From Chthonomonadales bacterium (lineage in GTDB: Bacteria; Armatimonadota; Chthonomonadetes; Chthonomonadales; CAJBBX01), in the NCBI GenBank assembly GCA_049967475.1, contig JBMFSQ010000027.1:1-29583 (forward strand): a stretch of 29,583 nt of DNA, read 5' to 3'. Under the pieces are notes generated by a model. The model was not told where the DNA came from and searched no databases. It worked only from the letters and a program-made list of their open reading frames with translations. How positions within the stretch are numbered: the stretch's first letter is position 1; every line of letters starts with the position of its first letter. The translations under genes and the position numbers were made by a program. Positions 9,335-17,314 of this stretch are shown one piece after another.

Positions 9335-9367
9335 CTGCCCCGGCGGTTCGGCCTGGGCAGTCTTTTT
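9335..9367 (+). terminator. Intrinsic-terminator-like hairpin with U-tract
   Basis: CTGCCC-c-GGC-ggttcg-GCC-t-GGGCAG followed by TCTTTTT. Confidence 0.45.
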
Positions 9368-9396
9368 ATGCCGGGAAGCGGCCCCGTTGCAGGCAA

Positions 9397-9425
9397 TTGC
9401 CGGGCGGCTGGCGAACCCACACAAT
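9397..9425 (+). promoter_or_regulatory. Putative sigma70 promoter of the manD-like operon
   Basis: TTGCCG-N17-CACAAT ending 33 nt before ATG 9459. Confidence 0.45.
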
Positions 9426-9458
9426 GAGCTGGCGCGCAGTCGAGAGGAGCCGAACCCT

Positions 9459-10649
9459 ATGAAGATTGTGGAAGCAAGGGTGATCGTGACCTGCCCGGGT
9501 CGCAACTATGTGTTTCTGAAGCTGCTTACCGATGAGCCCGGACTGTACGGTGTGGGGGAGGGAACCATCAACGGCAGCGAACTCATCGTTGCCGAGACGT
9601 TGCGGCACCTATCCCACTTGCTGGTAGGCCGCGATCCGCAACGCATCGAAGACCTTTGGCAGCTCGTGTACCGGCAAGGGTATTGGCGCGGGGGGCCGCC
9701 GTTTATGGCTGCCCTTGCGGCGGTAGATATGGCGCTGTGGGATATCAAGGGCAAGCAGGCGGGACTGCCGGTGTACCAGCTTCTTGGCGGCGCAGCCCGC
9801 GATCGGGTGATGTGCTACAGCCACGCCGGCGGCCGAGATGCGAAGGAGTGTGAGGATCATGCGCGCAGACTCATGGAGCAGGGATTTCGCGCCGTACGGT
9901 GCCAGGCCGGCCCTTATGGCGGAGCGGGTGTATTAGGAAGCCTGCCGCCGGTATCTCCAGGTACGCCGGCCACTTCGATCTACGAGCCGACCCCGTATCT
10001 CCTGAGCGTGCCGCCCCTCTTCGAGCACCTGCGCAGCGCATTGGGTGCCGAAATCGAGCTTCTTCATGACGTACACGAACAACTGGACCCAATTCAGGCC
10101 GCACGGCTTGCAAAGGATCTGGAACCCTACCGTCTGTTCTTTTTGGAAGATCCGCTCATGCCCGAGCATCGCGAAAGCTGGCCGTTGGTGCGGGCTGCAT
10201 CGGTGACACCCCTCGCCATGGGCGAGATTTTTACCTCGAGGTGGGATTGCCTGCCGCTCTTCATGAACCACTGGATTGACTATATCCGCATCAGTCCGCT
10301 TCACGTAGGCGGTATCACGGAAGCGCGCAAGATCCTAGTTCTCGCAGAACCTTTCAATATTCGAAGCGCCTTCCACGGCGCCGCGGATATCGGTCCGGTG
10401 GCCCAGGCGGCGAGCGTTGCCCTGCAGATGGCGATCCCGAACTTCGGCATCCAGGAATGGACGCGCTTTCCCGACCCGGTGTATGACGTAGTCAGCCCCA
10501 TCTGCGAATTGCGGGAAGGGCACCTCTTTCCTAACGAGACACCTGGCTTAGGTCTGGATGTGGATGAAGAAAAGGCTGCCCGCTTCCCGTACCAAACAGC
10601 ATTTATGCCCCTGGTGCGCCGCGCAGATGGGACCATGCACGTGTATTGA
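9459..10649 (+). CDS. Enolase-superfamily acid-sugar dehydratase, D-mannonate dehydratase (ManD/RspA) subgroup
   Basis: MKIVEARVIVTCPGRNYV start, YWRGGP and VDMALWDIKGK motifs, metal ligands in HDVHE, LED and MGE, and HGAAD. GAGGAG RBS before ATG 9459. Confidence 0.88.
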   Translation: MKIVEARVIVTCPGRNYVFLKLLTDEPGLYGVGEGTINGSELIVAETLRHLSHLLVGRDPQRIEDLWQLVYRQGYWRGGPPFMAALAAVDMALWDIKGKQAGLPVYQLLGGAARDRVMCYSHAGGRDAKECEDHARRLMEQGFRAVRCQAGPYGGAGVLGSLPPVSPGTPATSIYEPTPYLLSVPPLFEHLRSALGAEIELLHDVHEQLDPIQAARLAKDLEPYRLFFLEDPLMPEHRESWPLVRAASVTPLAMGEIFTSRWDCLPLFMNHWIDYIRISPLHVGGITEARKILVLAEPFNIRSAFHGAADIGPVAQAASVALQMAIPNFGIQEWTRFPDPVYDVVSPICELREGHLFPNETPGLGLDVDEEKAARFPYQTAFMPLVRRADGTMHVY

Positions 10650-10697
10650 TGTTCTGAGGATGGCAGCCGGCCTGGCACCGGCAGGAGGGCCGCGGCG

Positions 10698-13244
10698 ATG
10701 TTTTGCATGATCCTTTGCTTGGTAATCGGCTCGCTCATGCCGCAGCCGCAAGGGACGCGAACGGAGCGCTTCAAAGCGGCGTTCCCGGACGATGCGCAGG
10801 CGTGGCAACAACGGGCGCGCTCTCGCCTCTTTGCGTTGCTCATGAACGGGTCCATACCCCGCCGCATCGGTCTGGACGCTCGAGTGACGCCCCGGGGAGC
10901 ATTAGCCCGTGGAACCTACCGCATCGAGGAGGTTACCTTTCGCTCCCTGGCGGATCGGCGCGTGCATGTCTGGGTGGCCGTACCCGTGGGGACGAAAAGG
11001 CGAGCGGCGGCAATCCTCGCTCTCCACGGGCATGGGGGAACCGGCGAACAGGTGGTTCGCGGACAGGGCCTCTACTGGTACGGACGGGCCCTTGCCGAAA
11101 TGGGATACATAGTGATTGCCCCCGACATCGGCCAGCATGAGTTGCAGCATCCGGGCTGGACGCTCATGGGAGAGCGCGTATGGGATGCGTTACGCTGCCT
11201 GGATTATCTGCAAACACGCTCAGATGTGGATGCATCCCGCATCGCCGTGTGCGGCCTCTCGCTGGGGGGCGAAACGGCAATGTATGTGGCTGCCCTCGAC
11301 CAACGCGTGCAGGCGGCGGATTGCGCGGGATGGCTTACCACCATCCGGAATATGAAGGAAGGGCACTGCCCTTGCTGGTTCGTTCCTGGGCTCGAGAAAA
11401 GTTACGACTTCGCGGATCTCTTCGCGTGCATTGCGCCAAGACCTCTCGTATGCGAAATCGGGCTGAAGGAACGCGCTCCAGGGGGCTTCCCGGTTTCTAT
11501 TGCCCGCGACGCCTTCGAGGAGGTTCTTGCAGCCTACCGTGTGTTCGGAGCGCAGAAATCCGCATCCCTGGATATCCATCCCTACGGGCACGTCTTCGTA
11601 GGCCGCAGCTTCTGGCCGGTACTGCGCCAGACGTTCGGTGCGGAGCCGCCGTGGCGCTTACACCCCTCCGTCAACGACGCGGAAGCCCTAAGGCGCGGCG
11701 AGATTGCCAGGCGCTGCTTCCTCGCTGCATTGGGCGTATTCGACGGGTGGTGGCAGTTGAGGGACCCTGCCAACAACCTCTATCCCCGCAGGGTGGATCA
11801 GGCCGTTTGGGCTCCCAACGATAACGCCGCCGATATGCTCCCCTTCCTGTTCCTTACAGCGTACTATCTCGCTCCCGAGCGTTTGCCGGACCTGATGACC
11901 ACCCTGAGAAACGAAGAGCGCCTCACCACCCGCGAAGGAGGCCTTCCGGATTGGTGGTCCATCCCCGCGCGCCAATGGGTCTACCCCAAGGCAGACGTAC
12001 GCCGCCTCGTCTTCAACGCAGCAGAGTATTGCAAAGATGGCCTCATTCCCATGACCGAGGTTATGGGTCCTGGTCCCTGGACGGACCGCATGGTACGCCT
12101 GGTAGACGCCATTTCCGCTGCAGCTCCTGTGGAAAGCCGCTTCGGACGCCTTCCTGCCGACGACACCGAGGTCAACGGGGAGGTCCTGCAGGTGTTGAGC
12201 CGGCTCTACTCTTTCTCCAGGCAGGAAAAGTATTGGATCTGGGCCCAGCGCATCGCGGATGCTTACTGCAAGGAGGTCCTGCCCCGTTCCACATGGATCC
12301 CCTGCGCACAGTGGGACTTCGTGCGCCATGCGCCCATACGGGATGATTTCAGCCTCAATGACCATGGGAACGAAATCGTCATGGGGCTCGCAGAGTTTTA
12401 CGTGATGGCCAGGTATTACTTTCCCCACCGTGCCGAAGAGTATCGCGTTCCTCTGGCGCGGATGGTTCACCGCCTGCTGGACGTGGCGCGCAACAACGAC
12501 GGCTTTTGGGTGAACCGCATCCGTACCTCCACTGGGCGCGTTCTAGATCCTTCCCCGCCCGACACCTGGGGCTACGCCCTGAGCGGAGCCGTGGCCTTCG
12601 GTATGGCGAGCATGGACACCCGGCCCATCACAGCCGCCAAAATGGCCCTCGGCAACCTCTGCAAGCCCCTCTATCTGGACTGGCCAGGAGGCGCGGACTC
12701 CTTTGCCGACGCTATCGAGAGCGCGCTCCTCCTTCTCAACCGCATCCCGGCGACCGAAGGCTTCCGTTGGCTGGACGAGATCCTGCCGGTGTTTCTGGCT
12801 AAGCAGCAGGATGACGGCATCGTGGAGGGTTGGTACGGCGACGGCAACTTTGCCCGCACAGCCCTCATGGCCGGTCTTTGGTGCAGTCAGGGTTTTCGTG
12901 TGGCGCCGTGGCGACAGGATATCGGGGTCGGCGCGGTGGCCAAGGGCAAGGCGTACCGCATCGCCATCGCGGCGGGCGACGAATGGGAGGGCATCCTTAT
13001 TGCCGACACTCCGCGCCACCGCCTCAACCTGCATCTGCCCCTCAATTACCCCCGCTTGAACGAGTTCCCGGAGTGGTTCGGTGCACGCGCAGATGCTTCG
13101 TACCGCGTACGGATAAGTGGGGGTCCGGAGCGCACGGTAAGCGGCAGCGAACTCATCAAGGGCATCGCGGTGCGCGTACGGGCGGGAGGATCTGTTATCG
13201 TGACGATAGCGCCGATTGCCGAAGAACAGAGAGGCGGCCGATAG
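10698..13244 (+). CDS. Two-domain protein: N-terminal alpha/beta-hydrolase (esterase) plus C-terminal probable (alpha/alpha)6 glycosidase-like domain
   Basis: Approximately aa 1-315: LHGHGG, nucleophile elbow GLSLGG, HCPC, and GH near the domain end. Approximately aa 320-848: helical and rich in aromatic and acidic residues (NDNAAD, EYCKDG, DTEVNGE, NDHGNE, DTWGY, EGWYGDGN), ending in a beta-rich tail. AGGAGG RBS. Confidence 0.75.
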   Translation: MFCMILCLVIGSLMPQPQGTRTERFKAAFPDDAQAWQQRARSRLFALLMNGSIPRRIGLDARVTPRGALARGTYRIEEVTFRSLADRRVHVWVAVPVGTKRRAAAILALHGHGGTGEQVVRGQGLYWYGRALAEMGYIVIAPDIGQHELQHPGWTLMGERVWDALRCLDYLQTRSDVDASRIAVCGLSLGGETAMYVAALDQRVQAADCAGWLTTIRNMKEGHCPCWFVPGLEKSYDFADLFACIAPRPLVCEIGLKERAPGGFPVSIARDAFEEVLAAYRVFGAQKSASLDIHPYGHVFVGRSFWPVLRQTFGAEPPWRLHPSVNDAEALRRGEIARRCFLAALGVFDGWWQLRDPANNLYPRRVDQAVWAPNDNAADMLPFLFLTAYYLAPERLPDLMTTLRNEERLTTREGGLPDWWSIPARQWVYPKADVRRLVFNAAEYCKDGLIPMTEVMGPGPWTDRMVRLVDAISAAAPVESRFGRLPADDTEVNGEVLQVLSRLYSFSRQEKYWIWAQRIADAYCKEVLPRSTWIPCAQWDFVRHAPIRDDFSLNDHGNEIVMGLAEFYVMARYYFPHRAEEYRVPLARMVHRLLDVARNNDGFWVNRIRTSTGRVLDPSPPDTWGYALSGAVAFGMASMDTRPITAAKMALGNLCKPLYLDWPGGADSFADAIESALLLLNRIPATEGFRWLDEILPVFLAKQQDDGIVEGWYGDGNFARTALMAGLWCSQGFRVAPWRQDIGVGAVAKGKAYRIAIAAGDEWEGILIADTPRHRLNLHLPLNYPRLNEFPEWFGARADASYRVRISGGPERTVSGSELIKGIAVRVRAGGSVIVTIAPIAEEQRGGR

Positions 13245-13245
13245 C

Positions 13246-14268
13246 ATGGCAGAAACAGTGCGGTCGCGCTTCCGCAAAGTCCTGGAAGGAAGCCGCCCGA
13301 AAGATCGCCTTCCGGTAATGGAATGGGCCACATGGTGGGACAAAACCATCGCCCGCTGGCGCACCGAGGGTCTGCCTGCCCACCTGGATTGGCATGGCAT
13401 CAAGCGTTGGTTCGGTTTGGATATGGATTATCAGCTCTGGTTTCCTCAGACCGCGCCGGGAGCCACCCCGGTTCCCGGCGCGCCGCCGGGTGCGTGGATA
13501 AGGAATGAGGAGGATTATGAGGCGCTTAAGCCGTCCCTCTATCCGGATCCGATCCCCTGCGACTGGCACGCATGGGCGCGCTACGCCGAAGAACAGGCGC
13601 GCGGCGAGGCCGTAATCTGGGTTACGTTTTCCGGCTTCTTTTGGTGGCCCCGGGTACTTTTGGGCATCGAGGCGCACCTCTACGCCTTCTACGACCAACC
13701 CCGCCTCATGCTGCGCATCAACGAGGATCAAACTGAGTACCAACTCCGCTGTCTGGAGGAATTCTGCCGCATCTGCATCCCCGACTTCATGACCTTCGGA
13801 GAGGATATGTCCTACAACCACGGGCCTATGATCTCAAAGCCGCTCTTTGACCGCTTCATGGCCCCGTTCTACCGCCGCGTGGTGCCCGAGCTTCTGCGCC
13901 GGGGCATTACTCCCATCATTGACAGTGATGGGGACGTGGAACCACTCATCCCGTGGTTCGAGGAGGTAGGCATCGAAGGCATCCTTCCGCTGGAGCGTAT
14001 GGCTGGCGTGGACGTGAACCGCATCCGCAGGAACCACCCGCGATGGAAGATGATCGGCGGCTTTGACAAGACCGTGATGCACCGGGGAGAGGGTGCCATC
14101 CGCGCCGAGTTCGAGCGCCTCTTGCCGGTGATGCGAAGCGGGCGCTTCATCCCGTCCGTAGATCACCAGACGCCGCCGGGCGTGTCCCTGGCGGATTACC
14201 GCGTCTATTTGCGCTTGCTTCGGGAATACGCAGCCCGCGCCGTGCAGGAAGCCGGCGATGGCGGCTAG
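13246..14268 (+). CDS. Uroporphyrinogen decarboxylase/MtaA-like (URO-D family) TIM-barrel protein, function unknown
   Basis: EDMSYNHGPMIS...F..F..P.Y, DSDGD, GIEGILPLE..AG.D, GGFDK and PSVDHQTPPGVSLADY. ATG 13246 lies 1 nt after the previous stop. Confidence 0.82.
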   Translation: MAETVRSRFRKVLEGSRPKDRLPVMEWATWWDKTIARWRTEGLPAHLDWHGIKRWFGLDMDYQLWFPQTAPGATPVPGAPPGAWIRNEEDYEALKPSLYPDPIPCDWHAWARYAEEQARGEAVIWVTFSGFFWWPRVLLGIEAHLYAFYDQPRLMLRINEDQTEYQLRCLEEFCRICIPDFMTFGEDMSYNHGPMISKPLFDRFMAPFYRRVVPELLRRGITPIIDSDGDVEPLIPWFEEVGIEGILPLERMAGVDVNRIRRNHPRWKMIGGFDKTVMHRGEGAIRAEFERLLPVMRSGRFIPSVDHQTPPGVSLADYRVYLRLLREYAARAVQEAGDGG

Positions 14269-14317
14269 AGGCGGCACAGGATTGGAACACACGGCCCATT
14301 AAAGTGAGGAACCCGCC

Positions 14318-15637
14318 ATGATCTGTTTGATGACCGCCCTTCCATCAATGACGCCTTCCGCACCCCGCATCGAAGTTGTGGCGCCCTGGCGCATTCGCGT
14401 GACAGCGGGGATCGTGTCCGGTCCCGGCATCCGTGTCCAAGTGCACCGGTCCGTGACGCTGGACGTGGCGCCGCCGCCCGTTCTGGAAGTACGAGATGAA
14501 CGGTACGATGGTCTCCCGCTCTTTGATGCGAGCTGGCCGTCGTGGGCCAAAGGGGTACCGCTGGCACATCTGCGCACCGAAGAGACCACCGCTGCTGGGA
14601 TGCTGATACCAGGATCCTTTGTGTTGAAGCGTGGTCCTGGAAATGCGGAGCGGTACGTGGCCGGCAAGGACTACACTTTGGACGTCGAGTGGGCGCGCCT
14701 GGCTCGTTTGCCCGGCGGCGTGCCGGAGGAGGCCTCTGTATGGGCAGATTACTCCTACAGCAAGAGCCGCTTGGATGCGGTCGTCGTGTCCGAACAGGGT
14801 GAAGTGGTGCTGAGGCAGGGCGAGGCCGATCTGGCGACGCCCCATCCGCCGGCTGTTGGTGCGGGTGAAGTGAGGCTGGCGAACATTTGGGTCCCGGGAC
14901 GGTTGGCGCGCCTGACACCCGAGAATGTTTACGAGGTTCTGGAACCCCGATATGTGGAACCCCGCCGTCCCGAGCCTCCGGCGGTACACCTGCTGCCGAA
15001 AACGTGGGCCAAGCTCCATTCCGGAGCGCCGCTGCACATCCTCGCCTGGGGAGATAGCGTTACCGCAGGGGGTGCAGCCAGCAGCGTGGACCGCCGATAC
15101 CAGAACCGCTTCGTGGCGATGCTGCAGCGTAAGTTCCCGGCCGCCCGTATCACTCTGACTACGGCCGGGTGGGGCGGCCGGTCCAGCGAAAGCTTCCTGC
15201 GGGAGCCGCCGGGAGCCCCATTCAATTTCGATCACGCTGTAATCGAACCCAAGCCGGATCTAGTGGTGATGGAGTTCGTGAACGATGCCTACCTCACGCC
15301 TGACCAGGTGGAGGAACGGTATTCCTACTTCCTAAGGCGCTTCCAAGAGATCGGCGCGGAATGGATCATCCTGACCCCCCACTTCGTGCGGCCGGATTGG
15401 ATGGGAGCCTCCTCTGTGCGCGTGGAAGCGGACCCCCGGCCCTATGTAGCCGGCCTCCGAGCCTTCGCCGCACGCCATCACGTTGCCCTGGCCGATGCAT
15501 CCTTGCGGTGGGGCCATCTGCTCAAGGAGGGTATCCCGTACATCACCCTGCTGGCCAACTGCATCAATCATCCTGACGATCGCGGGCATGAGATCTTCGC
15601 TCGGGCTCTGATGGAGCTGTTCGGCGGAGCGCCCTGA
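14318..15637 (+). CDS. SGNH/GDSL hydrolase with an uncharacterised N-terminal beta-rich domain
   Basis: C-terminal half has WGDSVTAG, GWGG, EFVND and NCINHP. The N-terminal ~220 aa are beta-rich. An in-frame TAA at 14300 fixes the start. Confidence 0.85.
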   Translation: MICLMTALPSMTPSAPRIEVVAPWRIRVTAGIVSGPGIRVQVHRSVTLDVAPPPVLEVRDERYDGLPLFDASWPSWAKGVPLAHLRTEETTAAGMLIPGSFVLKRGPGNAERYVAGKDYTLDVEWARLARLPGGVPEEASVWADYSYSKSRLDAVVVSEQGEVVLRQGEADLATPHPPAVGAGEVRLANIWVPGRLARLTPENVYEVLEPRYVEPRRPEPPAVHLLPKTWAKLHSGAPLHILAWGDSVTAGGAASSVDRRYQNRFVAMLQRKFPAARITLTTAGWGGRSSESFLREPPGAPFNFDHAVIEPKPDLVVMEFVNDAYLTPDQVEERYSYFLRRFQEIGAEWIILTPHFVRPDWMGASSVRVEADPRPYVAGLRAFAARHHVALADASLRWGHLLKEGIPYITLLANCINHPDDRGHEIFARALMELFGGAP

Positions 15638-17311
15638 TCAGCGGCGGCCACCCAGTGCGCGGGAAGGTGCCCGCATTTTCTGTTCGGCCATTCTCTGCAG
15701 GACGATGGACAAGTTGTTCTGAAAGAGGGCGGCATTCGGCTGGAGCTGAAGAGCCTTGAGGAAACATCCCCGCGCCTCTTCCAGGCGGCCTTGTTCCAGC
15801 AAAAGCACGCCGAGGTCGTTGTATGCCATGACGTAATCCGGCTTGAAACGGAGCACTGCTCTGAATTCGGCCTCGGCGGCGCTCGTTCGGCCCAGCCGCG
15901 CGTACAGCAGGCCGAGGTTGTAATGCGCCTCGGGGTACTCTGGAGCGGTCTGAAGCGCCCGTTCAAACCGGCGAAGTGCGGCATCGTAGCGGCCCTCCGT
16001 CATTTCTATGACGCCCATGTTGTTGTTTGCGATGGAGCTGGAAGGGTTTACTTGGAGAGCATGGGCGAAGAGGGCGCGGGAACTGCGCCACGTTTGCGCC
16101 TGCAGGCAAAAGAGCGCGCCGAATACAAGAAGGATTGCCGCTGCGAGCATGACGGGCCATCGGTGATGCCGGCTCTTCAGAAACCAGGCAAAAACCATTG
16201 CCGGCCCGAGCATCGCAAGATACGCATAGCGGTCTGCTGTAGTAGAATAGGCCTGATAGGCGAAGGGCACGATGCCGAGGACAGGAAGGAGAGCCGCTAC
16301 GAAAAGGCCCGATGCCGCTGTGACGACCGGAACCCGCCGCCGTGCAAACCACGCCGCGGCGGCCAACGCTGCCGGCGCCGCAAAGGTGGCACCGCGCCAT
16401 GGCCACGCAAGTAACGAGCGGGGAGTGCGGCCGTAATCCATACACAGATCCAGCGGCCACACGAGCTTGCTCAGGTAGAAAGCCAGCGCATCTGCCGCCA
16501 CGACGGGGCGGGAAGCCCAAGGCGTATAGGGAACCAGTGAATTTGCTTTTTCTGCTGATGCGGTAACCAGCGCAACCGGCAGCAACGGGAGAAGCCAGGG
16601 CGTCAATGCCACGGATGCTTGGCGTGCAGACTGGCCCGCCAACGTTACGGCTAGAACCCAGGCCATGAGCGGCACCGAGGCAGCGGCAGGCTTGGCCAGA
16701 AGCGCCAGTATGTATGCCGCTGCAGCCGCGAAGTACCACAAACCCCTTCTCCGCGCATTCATGCCTGGCTCGGCGAACCGCATATAGGCAAGCAAGGCGC
16801 AGAGGGAGAAGAAGGCGCCCAGCAGATCCTTCATCCCGGTAACCCAGGACACTGCTTCGGCCTGGAGAGGGTGGAAGGCGAAGAAGAGCGAACCGAGAAA
16901 CGCTGCCCGAACGTCCTTCACGACGCGCTGGATCAGGGCATACGCGAGAAGGGCGTTGAGCGCGTGGATCACGGCGTTGGCGGCATGGTACACATGCGGA
17001 TCGGGCACGGAGCCGCTGATCCACGCCAATAGGAACCACACCGTGCGCGTGACCGGCGCATAGACCCCGTAATAGGGTTCCTTCCAAAAGGTTGCCAGCC
17101 CGCGAAGGGTGGGCGGATTGAGCCAGGGGTTCTGAAGGACGTTGGGGCCGTCATCCCAATCCACAAAGGGAAAGCGGGCGGCGGGCAAAGATCCCGCCAG
17201 CACAAGGATCAGCAGGATGGCCGGCGCCGCCCACCAGAGCCCATTATCCGCGCGGTTGGGCTGCTGAAGGTCAGGCGCCTGCCGAACGCTTTGGCGATGC
17301 TTCCGCACCAT
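15638..17311 (-). CDS. TMTC-like membrane protein: GT-C-type multi-TM domain plus C-terminal TPRs
   Basis: FVDWDD in the first loop, Y.P, YH..N..IH, HPLQAEAVSW, LLAKP, FYLSKLVWPL.L, ADRYAYL and W.SS..LF, followed by about 4 TPRs (ANNNMG, AHYNLG, AYNDLG, FQNNLS). Confidence 0.85.
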   Translation of the reverse strand: MVRKHRQSVRQAPDLQQPNRADNGLWWAAPAILLILVLAGSLPAARFPFVDWDDGPNVLQNPWLNPPTLRGLATFWKEPYYGVYAPVTRTVWFLLAWISGSVPDPHVYHAANAVIHALNALLAYALIQRVVKDVRAAFLGSLFFAFHPLQAEAVSWVTGMKDLLGAFFSLCALLAYMRFAEPGMNARRRGLWYFAAAAAYILALLAKPAAASVPLMAWVLAVTLAGQSARQASVALTPWLLPLLPVALVTASAEKANSLVPYTPWASRPVVAADALAFYLSKLVWPLDLCMDYGRTPRSLLAWPWRGATFAAPAALAAAAWFARRRVPVVTAASGLFVAALLPVLGIVPFAYQAYSTTADRYAYLAMLGPAMVFAWFLKSRHHRWPVMLAAAILLVFGALFCLQAQTWRSSRALFAHALQVNPSSSIANNNMGVIEMTEGRYDAALRRFERALQTAPEYPEAHYNLGLLYARLGRTSAAEAEFRAVLRFKPDYVMAYNDLGVLLLEQGRLEEARGCFLKALQLQPNAALFQNNLSIVLQRMAEQKMRAPSRALGGRR

Positions 17312-17314
17312 TCT

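Noticed and set aside
15635..15640. Convergent stop codons abutting with zero gap (TGATCA)
   Set aside because: Real, but common in compact genomes; no further signal.
15963..17087. 374-aa alternate-frame ORF inside the TMTC-like gene
   Set aside because: Arg/Ser/Cys-rich off-frame composition. The main frame is intact, so there is no evidence of a frameshift.
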